Assembly (NCBI GenBank): GCA_965644315.1 | Contig: CBFFRQ010000032.1 | Span: 768,682-832,681, forward strand | Direction of reading: 5' to 3' | Source of the DNA: Caecitellus pseudoparvulus | Lineage: Eukaryota > Protista > Bigyra: Bicosoecida | DNA length: 64,000 bases | In this document: one piece after another, positions 1 to 11,777 of the stretch | Position numbering within the stretch: position 1 is the stretch's first letter | Layout: each line of letters starts with the position of its first letter | Notes under the pieces: generated by a model | What the model saw: the letters and a program-made list of their open reading frames with translations, nothing else | Databases searched by the model: none | What the model was told of the DNA's origin: nothing | Position numbers and translations under genes: made by a program

Positions 1-754
1 CCCCCACGCCACCCGCGCCCTCCACACCCGCCGCCCCCACTGCAGCCACGCCCACACCAGCCACGTGTCCCAGCGCCTTCAGATTGCGGTTGGCTTGGTC
101 AGCCAGCGCCAGCAGCTGCTGGGGCGTGACGCTGGCCAGGTGGCCCTGTCCCACTGTCGGCACGGTGGTGATGCCGGCTGAGTTGGGGTAGTTCACGCGC
201 AGGGGGCGCCCGTCGATGTCGTAGCCGTTCATGGTCAGCATGGCGCCTTCCGCTGCTGTGGGGTTGGCGAACTCGATGAAGGCGTACCCCTTGCCCTTGC
301 CAGTGGCGGGGTCCCGCCCCACGTCCACGTCCAGGATGGTGCCGAAGGGCGCAAAGGCAGCGCGCAGGGTGGGGTCCAGCAGGTCCGGGCCCAAGTTGCC
401 GATGTAAATGCGCCGCTCGGCTGTGCTGCCTGACGTGGCCATGACGCCAGTGGAGGAGCCCAGCGCGGGCGCGGGCTGACCCCCCCTCCCGGACAGGTGG
501 TCTGCCAGGGCAGTCTTGGCCATGAGGCGGCGGTTGATGGCCTGAGCCCGGGCTTGCTTCTGTGCTGGCGTCAGGCCTGCTGCAGAGGAAACGCCCATGA
601 GGGCGCGCTGCAGCTCTTTCACCTGCCCACGCAGCTCAGGCACGGAGGGCACCACGACCACTTCGCCCCCTTGCTTGTACGGGTCAACGTCACTGTCCCA
701 TCCGCGCCTGACCCGCTTGCTTGCAGGCTCAGAACTGGATTCCGTGGATGCCAT
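1..754 (-). CDS. RRM-containing RNA-binding protein, PUF60-like splicing factor (3' end outside the window)
   Basis: Manual translation from ATG 754 (MASTESSSEPASKRVRRGWDSD...) is open through an RRM with RNP2 RIYIGNL and RNP1 KGYAFIEF: ...AFAPFGTILDVDVGRDPATGKGKGYAFIEFANPTAAEGAMLTMNGYDIDGRPLRV. Confidence 0.8.
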   Translation of the reverse strand, partial: MASTESSSEPASKRVRRGWDSDVDPYKQGGEVVVVPSVPELRGQVKELQRALMGVSSAAGLTPAQKQARAQAINRRLMAKTALADHLSGRGGQPAPALGSSTGVMATSGSTAERRIYIGNLGPDLLDPTLRAAFAPFGTILDVDVGRDPATGKGKGYAFIEFANPTAAEGAMLTMNGYDIDGRPLRVNYPNSAGITTVPTVGQGHLASVTPQQLLALADQANRNLKALGHVAGVGVAAVGAAGVEGAGGVG

Positions 755-1143
755 GGCGTGCCTTCCGCGTGCGCCTGTGCAAGGGGTGTGAAGTTGGTTC
801 CGTGGGTGAACGAAATTCCGCACCTGCGCCGCGAGAGCCAGAGTCCAGCGCACCGCCGCCTCCACTATTTTGGGACACATGCACTGAGCAGAAGAGACAG
901 TCACTGCATTGCCATCCCCGCCCCACCTACCTGGTGGTGTGCAGGTGATGCCCAGCGGCCTGGTGCCCGGCAACTGCACCTGCGGCTTCAATCACTGGTT
1001 TGACAGCCACCTGCGGCGAGTTTCCCCACTGCACATAAGCCCACAGCCAAGCCCAGAGCTGCAGGGCGGTCAATGACTTACTAGATAAACCACGAAAGTG
1101 CCCGTGTCATGCATTTGCCCCGCCACGGCAGACGCACCAAGTC

Positions 1144-2805
1144 TCAATCCTCCAGCGCACCGGTGTCCAGCACAAAGGCGCCATCACCTGCGCCCGCCTC
1201 GTCATCCTCCTCCTCTTCTTCCCCGTCCACCGATCCTTCGTCATCGCTGCTTCCGCCAGCTAGCGAGGCGGCATCCGTCGCCGCCCCATACCCGCTGGCG
1301 AAGCCGCCCCCTCTCGCCAGCACTTGCAGGGCCCGCACCGCCGAATCCGGCACGCGCTTGCGGTGCAGCAGGCCGCCGCTGTTCTCAGGGCCCTGGGCAA
1401 GCACTGCCAAGGCAGCGGCCGCCTCCTCCTCCTCGCCACCCTGCAGCATCACTCCCTGTGCCCAGTGCACGAGGCCGGGGGGAGGCGGGCACTCCTCCAG
1501 CGCCGCCTGCACGGCACTCTGCAGAGTGGGCACAGCCATGCCCACACCAGGGCCACGCCCGTACACGGGGAGTGTGTCGGCGACCCCCCCTCCCGCCTTG
1601 CGAGCTGCCTTGAGGATGTGGTAGGTTACCCGGGTCACACTGCGCACAGCTGAGAGCAAGGCCAGGTACTCAGTGACCCCCCAGGGCCCCGCCCAGTCGC
1701 CACCGCTCTCCTGGCGTGCCACGGCTGGCGCAAGGAACGCCATCCACGCCGCCTGCGCGACTGCCCCACGGCACAGCGCCAGCGCCTTCCAACGCTTGTC
1801 ACTGGTGACAGCGTCACAGGCGGCGCTCGTGGCAGCACACAGCACCTGCAGCGTCGCAGAGCGCCCTCTGCCCACGAGCAGGGGAGTGTGGAGCAGCGGC
1901 GGCAGGCCTGGGCTTGCCGTGGTGGTGGAGGGGGGTGGCGTGGCGTGCTCCCCTGTGCGGGCCACCTTCGCGGCAGAGGACGGAACGGCGGCAGAACACG
2001 CCGCCAAGTGCTGCAGCAGCGGCACCATGGCAAACAGCGCAGCCACCCGTGAATCGTGCGCCTGTGCTGCGGACACGGGGCACTGCGCAGTCTGCCCGGC
2101 CTGGCCCAGGGCAGCGGCCGAAGCTGCCGTGGCCAGGCCGCTCACGAGGCGCCGGAGCACGCGAGGCACGCATGCGTGCACTGCGGCGATGGCGTCGTGA
2201 GAAGGCTCCTGCGTCTCGCGCAGGCGCTTCTTGCTGCGGCGTGGCGTGGCGGCGGGCTTCTCCCCGCCGGCGCCTTGCCCTGTGAGAGCGGCGAGGCTGG
2301 CTTGCACGACGGCAGCCACACGCTGCACGACAGCACACAGGAGGCCCCTCCTGCTCGGCACGGAGTCCTTCCAAACAGACCGCAAGGTGAGGTAGCCGAT
2401 GGCATCACAGGCCGAGTCAGCCAGCTCAGGCAGGCCGGCTCCCTGCGAACCATCCACAGCGCCTGCGAGGATCATCGCAGCCAGGCCTCTGGAGCTGTGA
2501 CCTGCCGCTTGGGCCGCCGCAGCATGAAGAATGACAGGCCCTGGGGATGCCGCTGTCACGTGGTGTGAGGGAATGGTGCCGAGGGCCTTGCTGGCGGCGC
2601 CGTGTTCAGCATGCGGACTTTGGAGCCTGCTCAGAGCTTGCAGCAATTCCGGCTTCAAGTCCTGCACGGCCCACCGCTCACCCGCCGGCAGCGATGCGAT
2701 GCTCTCATCCACAAGTGCTGCTAGCTCCTCCTCTGACCCGGCGCTGCCGCTCGCCAGCTGTTGGACGAGGCTGTCCACCACCAGGCTCAAGGCTGTCTGC
2801 GCCAT
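1144..2805 (-). CDS. Hypothetical Ala-rich helical protein with acidic C-terminus
   Basis: 576-aa ORF 1144-2874; likely ATG at 2805 (MAQTALSLVVDSL). Ends with an acidic tract (DDEGSVDGEEEEEDDE). No recognisable domain. Confidence 0.6.
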   Translation of the reverse strand: MAQTALSLVVDSLVQQLASGSAGSEEELAALVDESIASLPAGERWAVQDLKPELLQALSRLQSPHAEHGAASKALGTIPSHHVTAASPGPVILHAAAAQAAGHSSRGLAAMILAGAVDGSQGAGLPELADSACDAIGYLTLRSVWKDSVPSRRGLLCAVVQRVAAVVQASLAALTGQGAGGEKPAATPRRSKKRLRETQEPSHDAIAAVHACVPRVLRRLVSGLATAASAAALGQAGQTAQCPVSAAQAHDSRVAALFAMVPLLQHLAACSAAVPSSAAKVARTGEHATPPPSTTTASPGLPPLLHTPLLVGRGRSATLQVLCAATSAACDAVTSDKRWKALALCRGAVAQAAWMAFLAPAVARQESGGDWAGPWGVTEYLALLSAVRSVTRVTYHILKAARKAGGGVADTLPVYGRGPGVGMAVPTLQSAVQAALEECPPPPGLVHWAQGVMLQGGEEEEAAAALAVLAQGPENSGGLLHRKRVPDSAVRALQVLARGGGFASGYGAATDAASLAGGSSDDEGSVDGEEEEEDDEAGAGDGAFVLDTGALED

Positions 2806-3111
2806 GGCCGAACCAGTTTCCGCACCTAGATGCGGACGCAAGGCAGGCGGCCGATGCAGCAAGCACTGAAACACGAGTGGGCATGAAACTTAGAGTATGG
2901 CGGGGTAGAACAGGTGTTGTTCATACTGCTCCATTGCTTGTCGCGTCTCTCTGGGGCCACAGGTGGCAGGCCGTCTGGCTTTGGCTGCAGGCCAACACCA
3001 TGCACTGCGCAGCTGACAAAACATGAGCACCCCGCGGAAACCTGGCACACTCGCAGTGATGGAGCCGGAACACAACCGCCCCTCTCACTAACTTAGGTGT
3101 GGCGCGGCAGC

Positions 3112-3921
3112 ATGGCGGCTTCCCCTGACGAGGGCGCAGCGAGCGCTTTGCCAGCCGAGGTTGCTTCCGTGGCAACTGGCGCGCTGAAGGTCGCTGTTGA
3201 CAGCCAAGATCTCGCCCCCAATGCACGTTGGTCACTCTCAGGTGCAAAGCCAGGAAATGGCGCCCCTCAGCTGATGGATGGAGATGTGCGGCACGCGGAC
3301 GCTGGAAGTTGCTGTGCTGGCTCACAACGGCAGCTTGCGTGCTTCGCTGCGCAGCTGGAGACGTTTTGGCAATCAGATGGAACAGCACCCCACACTGTGA
3401 CGTTGCGATTTGATGTTCGCACGTCCATGTCTGAGCTGGCGTTCTATGTTGACCACGGCTTGGACGAGAGCTACACGCCCCAGGAGGTGTGTTGCGCTGA
3501 AACTCTCGTGAAACGGACACCTCTTCACGCTGCCACGCGTTCCGCAGGTGATTGTCAAGCACGGACTTCAACGCACAGCCTTATCTACACTCCACACTGT
3601 GACTCTCAACAAGCCTTCTGGGTGTGTGCCACACGTGGACTGCATGCACGAACCTTACACACTGGGTGCTCTCAACGCCCCCTTCGCAGCTGGGTTCGGG
3701 TGAAATTGGGGAATCCTGAGGCAGAGGGGCAAAACGCGTTCCTTAGGACGTTTGTCTTGCAGCTGGCAGTGACGAAGCTGCATCAGAATGGCAGAGACAC
3801 GCGCCTGAGGCAGGTGAAGGTGCTTGGGCCACGAATGAGTGCGGAGGGCACACTCGCCCACAGCGGCGGCGGCGCAGCCACAGCAGACAAATTGTCTGGC
3901 GCAATGTTCACGATTCGATGA
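3112..3921 (+). CDS. APC10: Anaphase-promoting complex subunit 10 (DOC1), 3 introns
   Basis: Spliced model with introns 3286-3354, 3487-3547 and 3622-3689 gives the APC10 signatures WSLSGAKPGNG, LETFWQSDG, DESYTP and HQNGRDTRLRQVKV. Confidence 0.93.
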   Translation: MAASPDEGAASALPAEVASVATGALKVAVDSQDLAPNARWSLSGAKPGNGAPQLMDGDVRHADAGSCCAGSQRQLACFAAQLETFWQSDGTAPHTVTLRFDVRTSMSELAFYVDHGLDESYTPQEVCCAETLVKRTPLHAATRSAGDCQARTSTHSLIYTPHCDSQQAFWVCATRGLHARTLHTGCSQRPLRSWVRVKLGNPEAEGQNAFLRTFVLQLAVTKLHQNGRDTRLRQVKVLGPRMSAEGTLAHSGGGAATADKLSGAMFTIR

Positions 3922-4081
3922 TAGACGGGTGCTTCAAGTAGGCTGTGGTGCATATGAAGCATGGGCCGTGGATCTCCAGGGTGCTCGAAGGCTGAGCGAA
4001 ACCAGACCGCCCCCGCCCACTAGATCGTGTCAGTTCCAACTCTCAAGACCACCTACGTTCCGAAGGATTTGTCATGCGGCG

Positions 4082-4273
4082 GTACCTTCTCTGCCTTCTT
4101 GGCTATGATTTTCTGTGTAGAAACTGTTTTTCTCTATCCTGATCGATAGGTTGTACGAGTACACCTCGTACCCATGATCAAGAAAATGTTTCGACGGGGC
4201 TGACTCCCTCTTGCTTGCAATGGAGTCGGCGAGTGTGGCCTTGGAATTGCACTACCTCCTTGGCCGCGCACCC
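4082..4273 (+). ncRNA. U2: U2 spliceosomal snRNA (divergent variant)
   Basis: The 5' end TACCTTCTCTGCCTTCTTGGCTATGAT...GTGTAGAAACTGTT matches U2. Stem IIa is CTATC/GATAG (4134-4149) and stem IIb is GTACGAG/CTCGTAC (4153-4171). The IIa loop TGATC is complementary to GATCA at 4176-4180 (IIc). Stem III is GCTGACTCC/GGAGTCGGC around GCTTGC. Stem IV carries the U2B''/U1A-type loop ATTGCACTAC (4246-4255), and the 3' end is GCACCC. Confidence 0.9.
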
Positions 4274-4413
4274 TGCCCACTGGGCACCAAAACCAACATA
4301 AGCAGTACACGCTGTGGAAATTCTTGACGCTGAACACATTCTTCTCCACGAACTTACCTACTCCGTACGCGTTGTATCAGGCCGTCACCGCTGCGTCCCC
4401 CTGATTCCCTGTC

Positions 4414-6097
4414 ATGGCTGCCGTCGCCTCTGCCGCCTTGCGGCAGCTGCGGAGCACGTTCTTGCTGCCGACGGCACGCAGCTTCGCCACCACGCCAAGC
4501 TGGGTGGGAACGCTGAATGCTGGGCTGTCGGAGACAGACCCAGAGCTGTTCGACGCATTGGAGCACGAGAAGCAGCGTCAGAGGGAGAGCATCTGCTTGA
4601 TTCCCAGCGAGGTGAGCCAGGCGCAGCGAATCGTGTGTGGGGAGCCCTGATGCACTGGCTGGCGTCGGCTGAAGCACAGAACTTTGCCTCCAAGTCTGTC
4701 CTGGAGGCCTTGGGCTCTGTCATGTCCAACAAGTACTCCGAGGGCTACCCTGGTGCAAGGTGCGTGAGGGGCCGGCATGCAGTCGCGGCGGCTGGCGCTG
4801 GGGCCAGGGCTTGGATTCTGTGCAGGGCCGCGCATCAAGTTTTGCATTTTCCGCACCGCATGAAACATGCCTCGCGTGCAGGTACTATGGCGGCAACCAG
4901 TACATTGACGAGGTGGAGTCCATGTGCCAGCGGCGAGCTCTGGAGGCCTTCGGGCTTGACCCCGAGAAGTGGGGTGTGAACGTGCAGAGCCTTTCGGGCT
5001 CCCCTGCGAACTTCGCGGTGTACACTGGCCTGCTGCAGCCCTTTGACCGCATCCTGGCGCTGGACCTGCCCCACGGCGGGCACCTGTCCCACGGCTACCA
5101 AACAGACAAGAAGAAGATCTCAGCCGTGTCCAAGTTCTTCAACAGCATGCCGTACCGCCTGGACGAGGCGACTGGCATCATCGACTACGACCGCCTGGCC
5201 GAGAATGCCAAGCTGTACCGGCCGCAGATCCTCATCGCCGGCGCATCAGCCTACTCTCGCCTCATCGACTACGCCCGCATGCGGGAGGTGGCAGACTCCG
5301 TGGGGGCGTACCTGCTGGCTGACATGGCCCACATTTCAGGGCTGGTGGCGGCAGGCGTCATCCCCTCCCCCTTCGAGCACTGCGACGTCGTGACGACGAC
5401 GACGCACAAGTCCCTGCGTGGGCCGCGGGGCGCCCTCATCTTCTTCCGCAAGGGCGTGCGCAGCGTGACCAAGAAGGGTGTGGAAGTGCCGTACGATCTG
5501 GAGTCCAAGATCAACTTCGCCGTCTTCCCCGGCTTGCAGGGCGGCCCCCACAACCACACCATCGCTGCCTTGGCCACGGCCCTGCGCCAGGCAGCCAGCC
5601 CAGACTTTGCAGCGTACCAGCAGGCAGTGATGGCCAACAACGCCGCCTTTGCTAGCGCCCTGACTGAGGCGGGGCTGGACCTCGTGTCTGGGGGCACGGA
5701 CAACCACCTGGTCCTGGTGGACCTGCGCTCAGCCGGCATCGACGGTGCCCGCGTGGAGCATGTGTGTGAGCTGGTGGGCTTGGCGGTGAACAAGAACACC
5801 GTCCCAGGGGATGTGTCTGCCATGGTGCCCAGCGGCATTCGTATGGGCTCGCCGGCCATGACCACCCGTGGCGCGGACGAGGCCGCCTTCACCACCATCG
5901 CCGGCTTCTTCGCGCGGACTGTGGAGCTTGCCAAGTCTGCCAAGGCGGGCGTACAGGGCAAGCGGGTGAAGGACTTCAAGGCCCAGGTGGGACTGGACAC
6001 ACACCCGGACATCGCCCAGCTGGCAGAGGAGGTCAAGGCCTTCGCTTGCACCCTGCCCGCCGTCGGCTTTGACGAGGCAGCCATGCGCTACAGGTGA
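4414..6097 (+). CDS. SHMT: Serine hydroxymethyltransferase, probably mitochondrial, 2 introns
   Basis: Motifs [57 protein letters not shown] (PLP lysine) and FPGLQGGPH. The N-terminus resembles an Arg/Ser/Ala-rich presequence. Confidence 0.97.
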
Positions 6098-6239
6098 TGG
6101 GCGCGCGCCCCTCCATAATGCACGCCCTGGCCACGAATCATCGCGTCAGCGCCGGCAAATCCCGGTCCACACACATCTCTGTTCCTTGCTCGCGCTGACG
6201 TGTGCACCGTTCGCCGGCCTCAAACGCGACGTTTTCAGC

Positions 6240-8508
6240 ATGGACGAGAAGCTTGCCACACGGGTGCGCACAGTCGCCAACCTGTGCATCCATGCGTGTG
6301 AGTGCAGCGCACTGTGCAGGCTCCGGCGAAGCGATTTCCGCAGCTTTCCACCACCGTAATTGCTCCCTTGCCTGGCCAACAGTGACCACCCGGGACACAG
6401 CAGCTCTCGCTGCTGTCGTCAACAAACACAAGGACATCGTCGCCAACATCGTCGACTCCAACGGCTGGACAGTGCTCATGCTGGCCTGCGACAAGGGCGG
6501 CGAGGAGAGTGTTACCGTGCTGGCCGATGCGGGACTCGGCAGCACAGCCAGCAAGGTCACCGCCAGCGGCCTTTCGGCGCTGCACATCGCCGCCCGACGA
6601 GGCCTTGTGCAGGCACTCCCTCGCCTGCTGGCGGCCCTGCCGGCAGGCGCCGCCAAGCGCCTGCTGCAGCAACCCGACGCCACTGGCCTGCTGCCACAGC
6701 AGTACGCGGCGCTGCAAGGGCACACGAGGCTGTGGCTGCTGCTGCACCAGGCGCGCGCGGGCCCGTCAGCGCCACTCCACCCTTCCTGCATCACAGACCT
6801 GCTGCCGTGCTTGGGCAGCATGCCCGGCATCCGCGATACGCCCCTGGCCGTGTCTCTGGCCACTATGGCGGCTCTGCAGACTGGGCCCATGGTGCCGCCT
6901 GCACAGCCGGCAGTGCTCCCGCTTGCCCTGCGCAGCCTCGTGTCCGGCAGCATGTTCAATTCGCTTGTCGTGCTGCTGGCGGTGCAGCCAGGAGCAGTCG
7001 CCGCGACGGCGGCCGGCGCTGGTGAGCTGAAGGCCCTTGCGCGCTGCCAGCTCGCCGCCGCGGCGACGGCTGCAGAGACGGCGCTGGGCCTAGGTGACGA
7101 TGGGGGGGGGGCTGGCGAGGACGGCCAGGGTGCCGCCTCCACAGCCCGGCAGCACCCGGATGTGGGCGTGCAGTGGAACCCCGCTGCCAGGGCGCTGCAG
7201 GTGAGCGTGGCGGGCCCCTCCCGCAAGCGCTTTGCACGCAAGGACGTCAGCGGTATCCTGGACGCCCTGTGGGCCGAGGCGGCACGGGTGCAGGCGCACC
7301 GCCCCAGCCCGGCCACTGCCCCACCCCCCGCCCCGGCGGGCATCGAAGTGCCGCTGCCGCCAGCCAAACCCGCTGTGTCGCTGCCACCGCCCACACGTCA
7401 GCCCTGGACGCATCGCCTGGCTGATGGTGTTCCAGGTGCTGCCGATGTGGAGAGGGCACTGGCGCCGGTGGATGGCCCTCTGCAGGCTGCCGCCCCTGTG
7501 CAGCCCACACAGGGGCGCAGTGCCTGGGAGAGCGCTGTGGAGGGAGCCCTGGCGTGGATGCAGCAGGGACACAGTGCCATGTCTGTAGGCGGGGGCAGTG
7601 CACCGACCCTGCCGCCCCTGCTGCAGCACCAGGACGGCGATGGACTGCGAGCCCTGGCCCAGTGCAGTGAGGCGTCTGCTGCTGCAGCTGGTGGGGACAC
7701 AGATGCCGCCGATGCGTCCGCTACGCAAGGCCTGCAAGACCCCAGCTGGTACCTGGCTGGGCACGCCTGGGCGGCAGCGGCAGTGGTGTTGCTGCTGGAG
7801 CGGGCAGAGGCGCTGGGTCACCGGGAAGCGTCCGAGTCAGCCGACGCTGCCGCTGCTGCCCTGCTGCAAGGCGAGGCAGGCCCTGCCGCGGCCAGTGGGC
7901 CCAGTGTGACCCAGCGTGCGGGGGCTGTGTCGGAGTCTGTTCCGGCGCCAGCGTCTGTTCCGGCGCCAGAGCCTGTGCGCGATGAAGCAACGGAGAGCAC
8001 CAGGACGGTAGAACCCAAAACTCCAGAGCAGGCAGTGTCTGCGCCAGGCAAGGGTGCCGCTGGAGCGAGTGGAGCACAACCAGTGCCGGCCAGCGCAGAC
8101 AAGGCAGCCGCCACACGCAGCACCAAGGCTGGCTTGAAGGGTGCGTGGGCGGCAGGGGCCCCGCCCAAGGCAGTGTCGAGGAAAGTGCCTGCACAGCGGG
8201 CGCCTGTCACCGCACCTCCCAGCAGTGGCTCTCTGCAGGCCTTGCAAGATGCCCTTGCAGAGCAGCACCCGCGTGGTGCGGCACTTGACCTGCGCGTGCG
8301 GCACGTGCTGGGCATGGGCTTGGAAAGCCTGTCTTCGGCACAGCTGGATGCGGCAGAGGAAGTTCTGTGGAGCTTGCTGCGCCGTGTGCAGCACCACAAG
8401 GTGCAGGCAGCCGCGGCACGGGAAGTGACCAAGGTGGTGGCGGAGGAAACGCACAAGAAACAGCTGCAGGAACTGCTGGCAAGCCGTGGTGGCCAGGCGC
8501 AGCAGTGA
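6240..8508 (+). CDS. Ankyrin-repeat protein with C-terminal coiled-coil/K-box-like helix
   Basis: Exon 1 MDEKLATRVRTVANLCIHA splices via intron 6298-6382 into the 768-aa ORF. Ankyrin motifs: GWTVLMLACDKG, GLSALHIAARRG, GLLPQQYAALQGH. Confidence 0.75.
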
Positions 8509-8648
8509 GGGTCGGTGCACAAAAACTACACGCAACTGCAACATCCACTTTGGAAGCTCAAATGCAACGTGCTTGCAGTTCCCCGCCTCGCTGCCTTGTC
8601 CTCAGCAGTGCCGCCGGAGCATCGCACACACTTTCACAGCCGAGCAGC

Positions 8649-9593
8649 ATGGCGTATCAGCACGAGAGCAAGCCTGCCGGCACGGTGGGCCGCAAGGGCG
8701 AGACACCCCAAGCAGGGGACTTCTTGGCTCGGGGAGGAGCAAGCCTGTCTGCCATTGAGCCCCCCACCGCCTGGGGGGCGAACCAGACGCAGGGCCGTGT
8801 GGACCTCACTGGTGTCACGCACGAATCGGAGAAGCAGCTGCGAGACGACACCGGGCGGAAGTACCACATCCCAGGTGCGTGTGGCAGCGAAAGCTTCACG
8901 CACTGCATGGCTTTCGCACAGGCCTCCATGCTGCCACAGGCTACACGGGGCACATTCCCAACTCAAAGGTGAGTCGCTTGCGACGGGCGCGCAGAAACGC
9001 CACCTGCACCCATGCCTCGCGCCGCGCTCCACACAGGACATTGGCGGCCGCACATACTCCAAGGTCACCAAACGTGCTCTGAACAAAGACGTGGGGCACA
9101 TCGTCAGGGGCGGTGCGTGAGCTGCGGCGTTGCAGCTCCGTGCGCCGTCGGCGCTCACATGCGGCGAACCTGCCCGTCACAGACATCATCCCCACGGACC
9201 CCCACGCGACACACAAGCAGCTGGTGCACGACCCCGCCCTGGACAAGACTGTCATCGGCCAGAACAACGCCGTGCCCAAGCACATCTCAGGTGCGTGGCA
9301 CTGCCGCACGGCACACACCCCCCCCCTCACTGCACTGACCCCCCCCCCATCCCATCCACTCACGCGCAGGCTACAGTGGCTTCGTCCCGCAGATCCGCGA
9401 CGCGGCGCTGGGGGAAACCTTCGCCTCCCACTGCGCCAAGGTCATGACTCGCCACATGGACGCCAAGGAGGACAGGCTGGCGTTGAACGCGCGCCCTGTG
9501 GGGGGCTTCGCCTTCTCCGGCACGTCCCGCAGGCCCAAGCCCAAGCTGGTGGTGAAGGACGTCGGCTTGCACCTGCACTACACGGCGCAGTGA
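8649..9593 (+). CDS. FAM166/CIMIP2-like ciliary microtubule inner protein, 4 introns
   Basis: Spliced product has two repeats, YHIPGYTGHIPNSKDIGGRTY and HISGYSGFVPQIRDAALGETF, typical of the PGYxGxxP (DUF2475) repeat. Stop TGA at 9591-9593. Confidence 0.72.
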
Positions 9594-9619
9594 GAGGGCA
9601 GGCGACACAATGCATTGGC

Positions 9620-11777
9620 CTACACGCTGGGCAGGGTTTCCACGAGGGTGGCGCCGTCGGAGGTGGTGTACCCCACCTCAGCGGGGGTGGATATGGGGGG
9701 AGGCGGGGCCGCGGCACCCCCCCCCTCCCGCACCTCCTCCTCCACCTCTGCAGCCAGATCCAGCAGGGACGGCGCAGCAGAGGCAGCGTCCCCCCCCTGG
9801 GCCTCGGCTGAGGCCCCCTTGAACACGCTCACGCCTGCAGGGGAGGCTGCCGCACCAGTGCCGGTGGAGGCAGGGGTGGCCTTGGAGGGGGGTCGGAGGG
9901 GGTGCCGGCGAGGGTGGGAGGGGGGGTGCCGGCTGCAGCCCGCGCAGTGTGCGTGGCGGGCTGGCCGCCAGTTCTGCGAGGCGCTGCAAGGCGGGGGTGG
10001 GTGGGGCTTCCACGGGCCTGGCCGGAGAACCCCCCCCCTCCACCCCTGTCCACCCCGTGCCCGTGCTGCCGTCATCTGAGAACGGCCCACTGGGGCGCAC
10101 TGGCTTGGGCGGGGAGGGGGGAGACACCAGGCCCTGGCCTGAGCTGTGTCCCAGTGCAGGTGCAAGGGTGGGGGCGGCTGGAGTGGGCCCAGGTGTGGGC
10201 CCAGGGGGCGGCCCGGGTGTGGCAGGAGGAGGGGTGCCGTGCGGAGGGGCTGGGGTGTGCGCCAGAGTGTGCACGCTCTCCCCGAAGCGAGTGTGGGATG
10301 GAGTGGGCCCATTGGGCGTGGCAGGTGGGGCCACGCTCCGCACAGCGGGAGACAACACCCCCCCGATGGAGCTACTCGGACTGAGGAAGCCAGGGGGGGT
10401 GGCGCCCCCCCTCACTGGCTTTGCCTGGGGTGCCGGGGACGCTGACAGGTGAGGTGCGCGGTGGGGGGGGGACAGGATGGTGGGCATGGCGTGCAGGGGG
10501 GGGGCTGCCCCGCCACCCCCCACACACACCCCTGCCTGCGCCTCGGCCACGGCGAAGCTGCCACTGGGCGACGTGAGGGGCCGTTGTGTGGCAGCGGAGA
10601 ACACAGTTGACAGCGGGGACGCCGCCGCAGTCGCGGGGGTGGTGGACGTCGCCGCGCCGCCGCCCCGAGCTCCCGAGCTGGTGGCGGTCCCAGCGCTTGA
10701 GGCCAGGGCTGTGGCTGCTGCAGTGTAGGAGACCACTGCCTCCAGTGAGCCAGGGGGGGGGGGCGACAGGCCCCCCCCTGCACGCCCTGTGGTCACGGGT
10801 AGGAAGCTGACGGGGGAAGCGAAGGGGGTGGAGTGCCCAGGCGCCGGCTCCGGCCAAGGCGCAGGCCACTGGACGGAGTGCAGGACGGAGCCAAGGGGGG
10901 GCAGGGGCGGCTCACTGGGGGGCGGAGAAGCGGCAGCATGGGGCGAGTCACGCCGTTGCAACGCAGCAGAGGCCACTGCGTTGTACTCCTGGGCGTGCTC
11001 AGCCACTGCCTGTGCCACCGCTGAGAGGGCGTGCTGCGAGAAGGGAACGCCTTCCTTGCCGTCTCCCAGCATGGATTCCAAGGAGTCCAGACTGCGCTGT
11101 GCCAGGCGTGCGTTGCGTGCTGCCTCGGCAACGTGGGACGGAGCCATGTGCACCGTAACGGGCGGGCTGGGTCGGCCCAGCAACGCAACGTGGCCGCGCT
11201 GCAAGGCCCGCCAGTGGTCCATTATGGTGAGCAGGCGCTGACGGTGGATGAGGGCGCGTGTGCGGGCACTGGCAGCCAACACGACACTGGCTGTTGGCGT
11301 GCGCGGTCCAGCTTGGGGTGCTTTTGGAGGAGGGCTGGGAACGGCAGGCGCCGATTGAAGCGGCCGGCGCAGGGTGAGGTGCATGGACGCTGAGCCTTGC
11401 TCCTTCAGGTCGTGCAGCGCCTGTGCTTGCACGGGACGAAGGCAGGGGGCGGACAGGGTGTGGGGGGCATGGGGTAGCCTCGCGTTTCGCTCGTAACGCC
11501 CGCACCTGCAGGAGCCCCTCCATGCCCGAACTTGAGACGTCATGACCTTCAACAGACAGCAGGATGTCGCCCTCTTGAATCAGACCCGAACACTGTGAGG
11601 CTTGCACCACAGTGCTCACCACAAGCCCTGAGCTGGACGCCTGCGACGCTCGACAGTCTCGTGCATGCCAACGATCGCAGAGTGGCGCAGCACGGCCAGG
11701 ACACGCACAGCAAATTGGATGCCGATGGGCAGCACCAGTGACACTTCCACAACGAATTCGCCGCCCTCAGTCCCCAT
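9620..11777 (-). CDS. N-terminal PDZ-domain protein with Pro/Ala-rich tail (3' end uncertain)
   Basis: Spliced N-terminus reads VSLVLPIGIQFAASSSGLVVSTVVQASQCSGLIQEGDILLSVEGHDV...LHDLKEQGSASMHLTLRR, a PDZ pattern. It continues in ORF 9678-11552, with a probable frame change near 9890-9930. Confidence 0.62.

Noticed and set aside
4350-4360. AACTTACCT, resembling the U1 5' end
   Set aside because: No U1 stems or 70K/U1A loops follow, and it lies about 55 nt before the SHMT ATG.
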